Of a stretch of DNA of 64,000 bases, positions 62,555 to 64,000 are shown piece by piece. The translations under genes and the position numbers were made by a program. Origin of the DNA: Adineta vaga (taxonomy: Eukaryota > Animalia > Rotifera); NCBI GenBank assembly GCA_021613535.1, contig CP075492.1, positions 3,596,001 to 3,660,000 on the forward strand, written 5' to 3'. The notes under the pieces are model-generated. The model did not search any database. It was not told the origin of the DNA and worked only from the letters and a program-made list of their open reading frames with translations. Each line of letters starts with the position of its first letter. Within the stretch, counting starts at the first letter, position 1.

Positions 62555-63640
62555 ATGGAAAAAACGATTTTAATAACAGGTGGTGCTGGATTTATTGGTT
62601 CACATGTGATTCGTTTATTTGTAATTAAATATCCAAATTATCGTATAATTAATTTTGATGCATTAACTTATGCAGGAAATCTTGAAAATCTTCGCGATAT
62701 TGAAGATAAATCGAATTATACATTTATTAAAGGTGATCTAACTAATATCGATGAAATTGAAAATGTTTTTAAACAATTTACAATCGATGGAATTATTCAT
62801 TTAGCTGCTGAAAGTCATGTTGATCGTTCAATTGATCATCCACAATGTTTTCTACGAACAAATATTCTTGGTACAGCTTATCTATTAGATATTGTTAAAA
62901 AATATTGGAAAGATAATTTTGATAAGAAACGTTTTCATCATATTTCAACCGATGAAGTCTATGGATCATTAGATGAATCTGGTTTATTTAGTGAAACAAG
63001 TCCGTATAATCCTCAATCGCCTTATTCAGCATCGAAAGCATCAGCCGATCATGTCGTTCGATCCTATGGAAATACATATGGAATTCCATTTTTAATAAGT
63101 AATTCATCGAATAATTATGGACCAAATCAATTTCCGGAAAAATTAATTCCATTGATTATTAATAATATTCTTAACAATAATACTCTACCAATTTATGGTG
63201 ATGGAAAATATACACGAGATTGGTTATATGTTATTGATCATGCGAATGCAATTGATCTACTTTTTCATCGAGGAAGAATTGGACAATCGTATAATATTGG
63301 TGGACAAAATGAATATCAAAATATTGATTTAGTTCAATTAATTTGTCAATTAATGGATGAAAAATTAAATCGAAGAAAAGGTTCATCAGAACAATTGATT
63401 AGATTTGTTAAAGATCGACCAGGACATGATCGAAGATATGCACTTGATACAACGAAAATTAGTGAAGAACTTCATTGGAAACCATCAGTTACATTTGAAG
63501 AAGGTTTAAATCAAACGATTGATTGGTATATTCAAAATCAAACTTGGTTAAATAATATTAATCAAGGAATTTATCGATCTTTTTATTCGAATAAAAAGGA
63601 AAGAATCGAATCATCATCAGTTGGTAGTAATTTGCAATAA
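62555..63640 (+). CDS. rmlB: dTDP-glucose 4,6-dehydratase (RmlB/RfbB), intronless, Bacteroidetes-like
   Basis: ITGGAGFIGSH, DALTYAGNLENL, HLAAESHVDRSI, HISTDEVYG, YSASKA, NNYGPNQFPEKLIP, DRPGHDRRYA. Confidence 0.96.
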   Translation: MEKTILITGGAGFIGSHVIRLFVIKYPNYRIINFDALTYAGNLENLRDIEDKSNYTFIKGDLTNIDEIENVFKQFTIDGIIHLAAESHVDRSIDHPQCFLRTNILGTAYLLDIVKKYWKDNFDKKRFHHISTDEVYGSLDESGLFSETSPYNPQSPYSASKASADHVVRSYGNTYGIPFLISNSSNNYGPNQFPEKLIPLIINNILNNNTLPIYGDGKYTRDWLYVIDHANAIDLLFHRGRIGQSYNIGGQNEYQNIDLVQLICQLMDEKLNRRKGSSEQLIRFVKDRPGHDRRYALDTTKISEELHWKPSVTFEEGLNQTIDWYIQNQTWLNNINQGIYRSFYSNKKERIESSSVGSNLQ

Positions 63641-64000
63641 AAGTGATATTGATAAAGTATTCGACTTTAGACTTCCATCTTTTTTCAACTTGCTTTCAGA
63701 ACTTTGTGTATAACTTTTATTTCGCTTGAGAGATTTTAACATTTTCCCCTATTAGAGTTGTGTGAAAAACTAATCTGATGATATGATATTTCGCCAGTCG
63801 GTGAACGTTTAACTTCCTACGACAATCCTACTGACAGAAACAATCGGGAAAGTTAAGCCGTTTTTCGTAAGCATATGATCTTATATTTACTGTTTGTTTA
63901 CATGAAAACTGAGGATTTTGGAATTTCGTTTTAAAAGTGGTTCAATAGGAAAAAACCTTTGATCGAAGTGCTGTCATTCATCTCAGTATGGAATTTTTCA

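Noticed and set aside
61601-63640. Bacterial contamination
   Set aside because: Composition matches the flanks, the arrangement is non-operonic, and rmlA overlaps the stop of an intron-containing gene; read-level check is still advisable

Overview
Very AT-rich eukaryotic genomic DNA with many short (about 45-65 nt) GT-AG introns. The gene content strongly suggests a bdelloid rotifer (inference, not proven): B-box/NHL and TPR expansions, bacterial-type Peptidase C14, ADP-ribosyltransferase relics, orphan GPCRs and intronless bacterial-like enzymes. A conserved casein kinase I gene opens the window, and a head-to-head pair of bacterial-like dTDP-rhamnose pathway genes (rmlA/rmlB) closes it. Between them lies a fast-evolving, defence-like region. 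It holds six near-identical NHL beta-propeller exons, all entered through an equivalent phase-1 splice acceptor and joined to three different N-terminal modules: a caspase-like C14 protease, a B-box-like Zn finger/coiled coil (four times), and a decayed ART. Variation among the NHL copies is concentrated in two short motifs per blade and shows patchwork, gene-conversion-like sharing, including one blade-to-blade transfer. Other contents: a giant gene with three tandem 2-TM Cys-rich domains plus an FG-GAP propeller; a pseudogenised MMP fused to four defensin-like exons; a DED-TM-TPR receptor-like gene; a 5'-truncated non-LTR retrotransposon with a 16-bp TSD; mariner and MITE relics; and a recurring GGGTGTGGG...CCCACACCC hairpin family. 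All exon structures were read by eye and need RNA confirmation.
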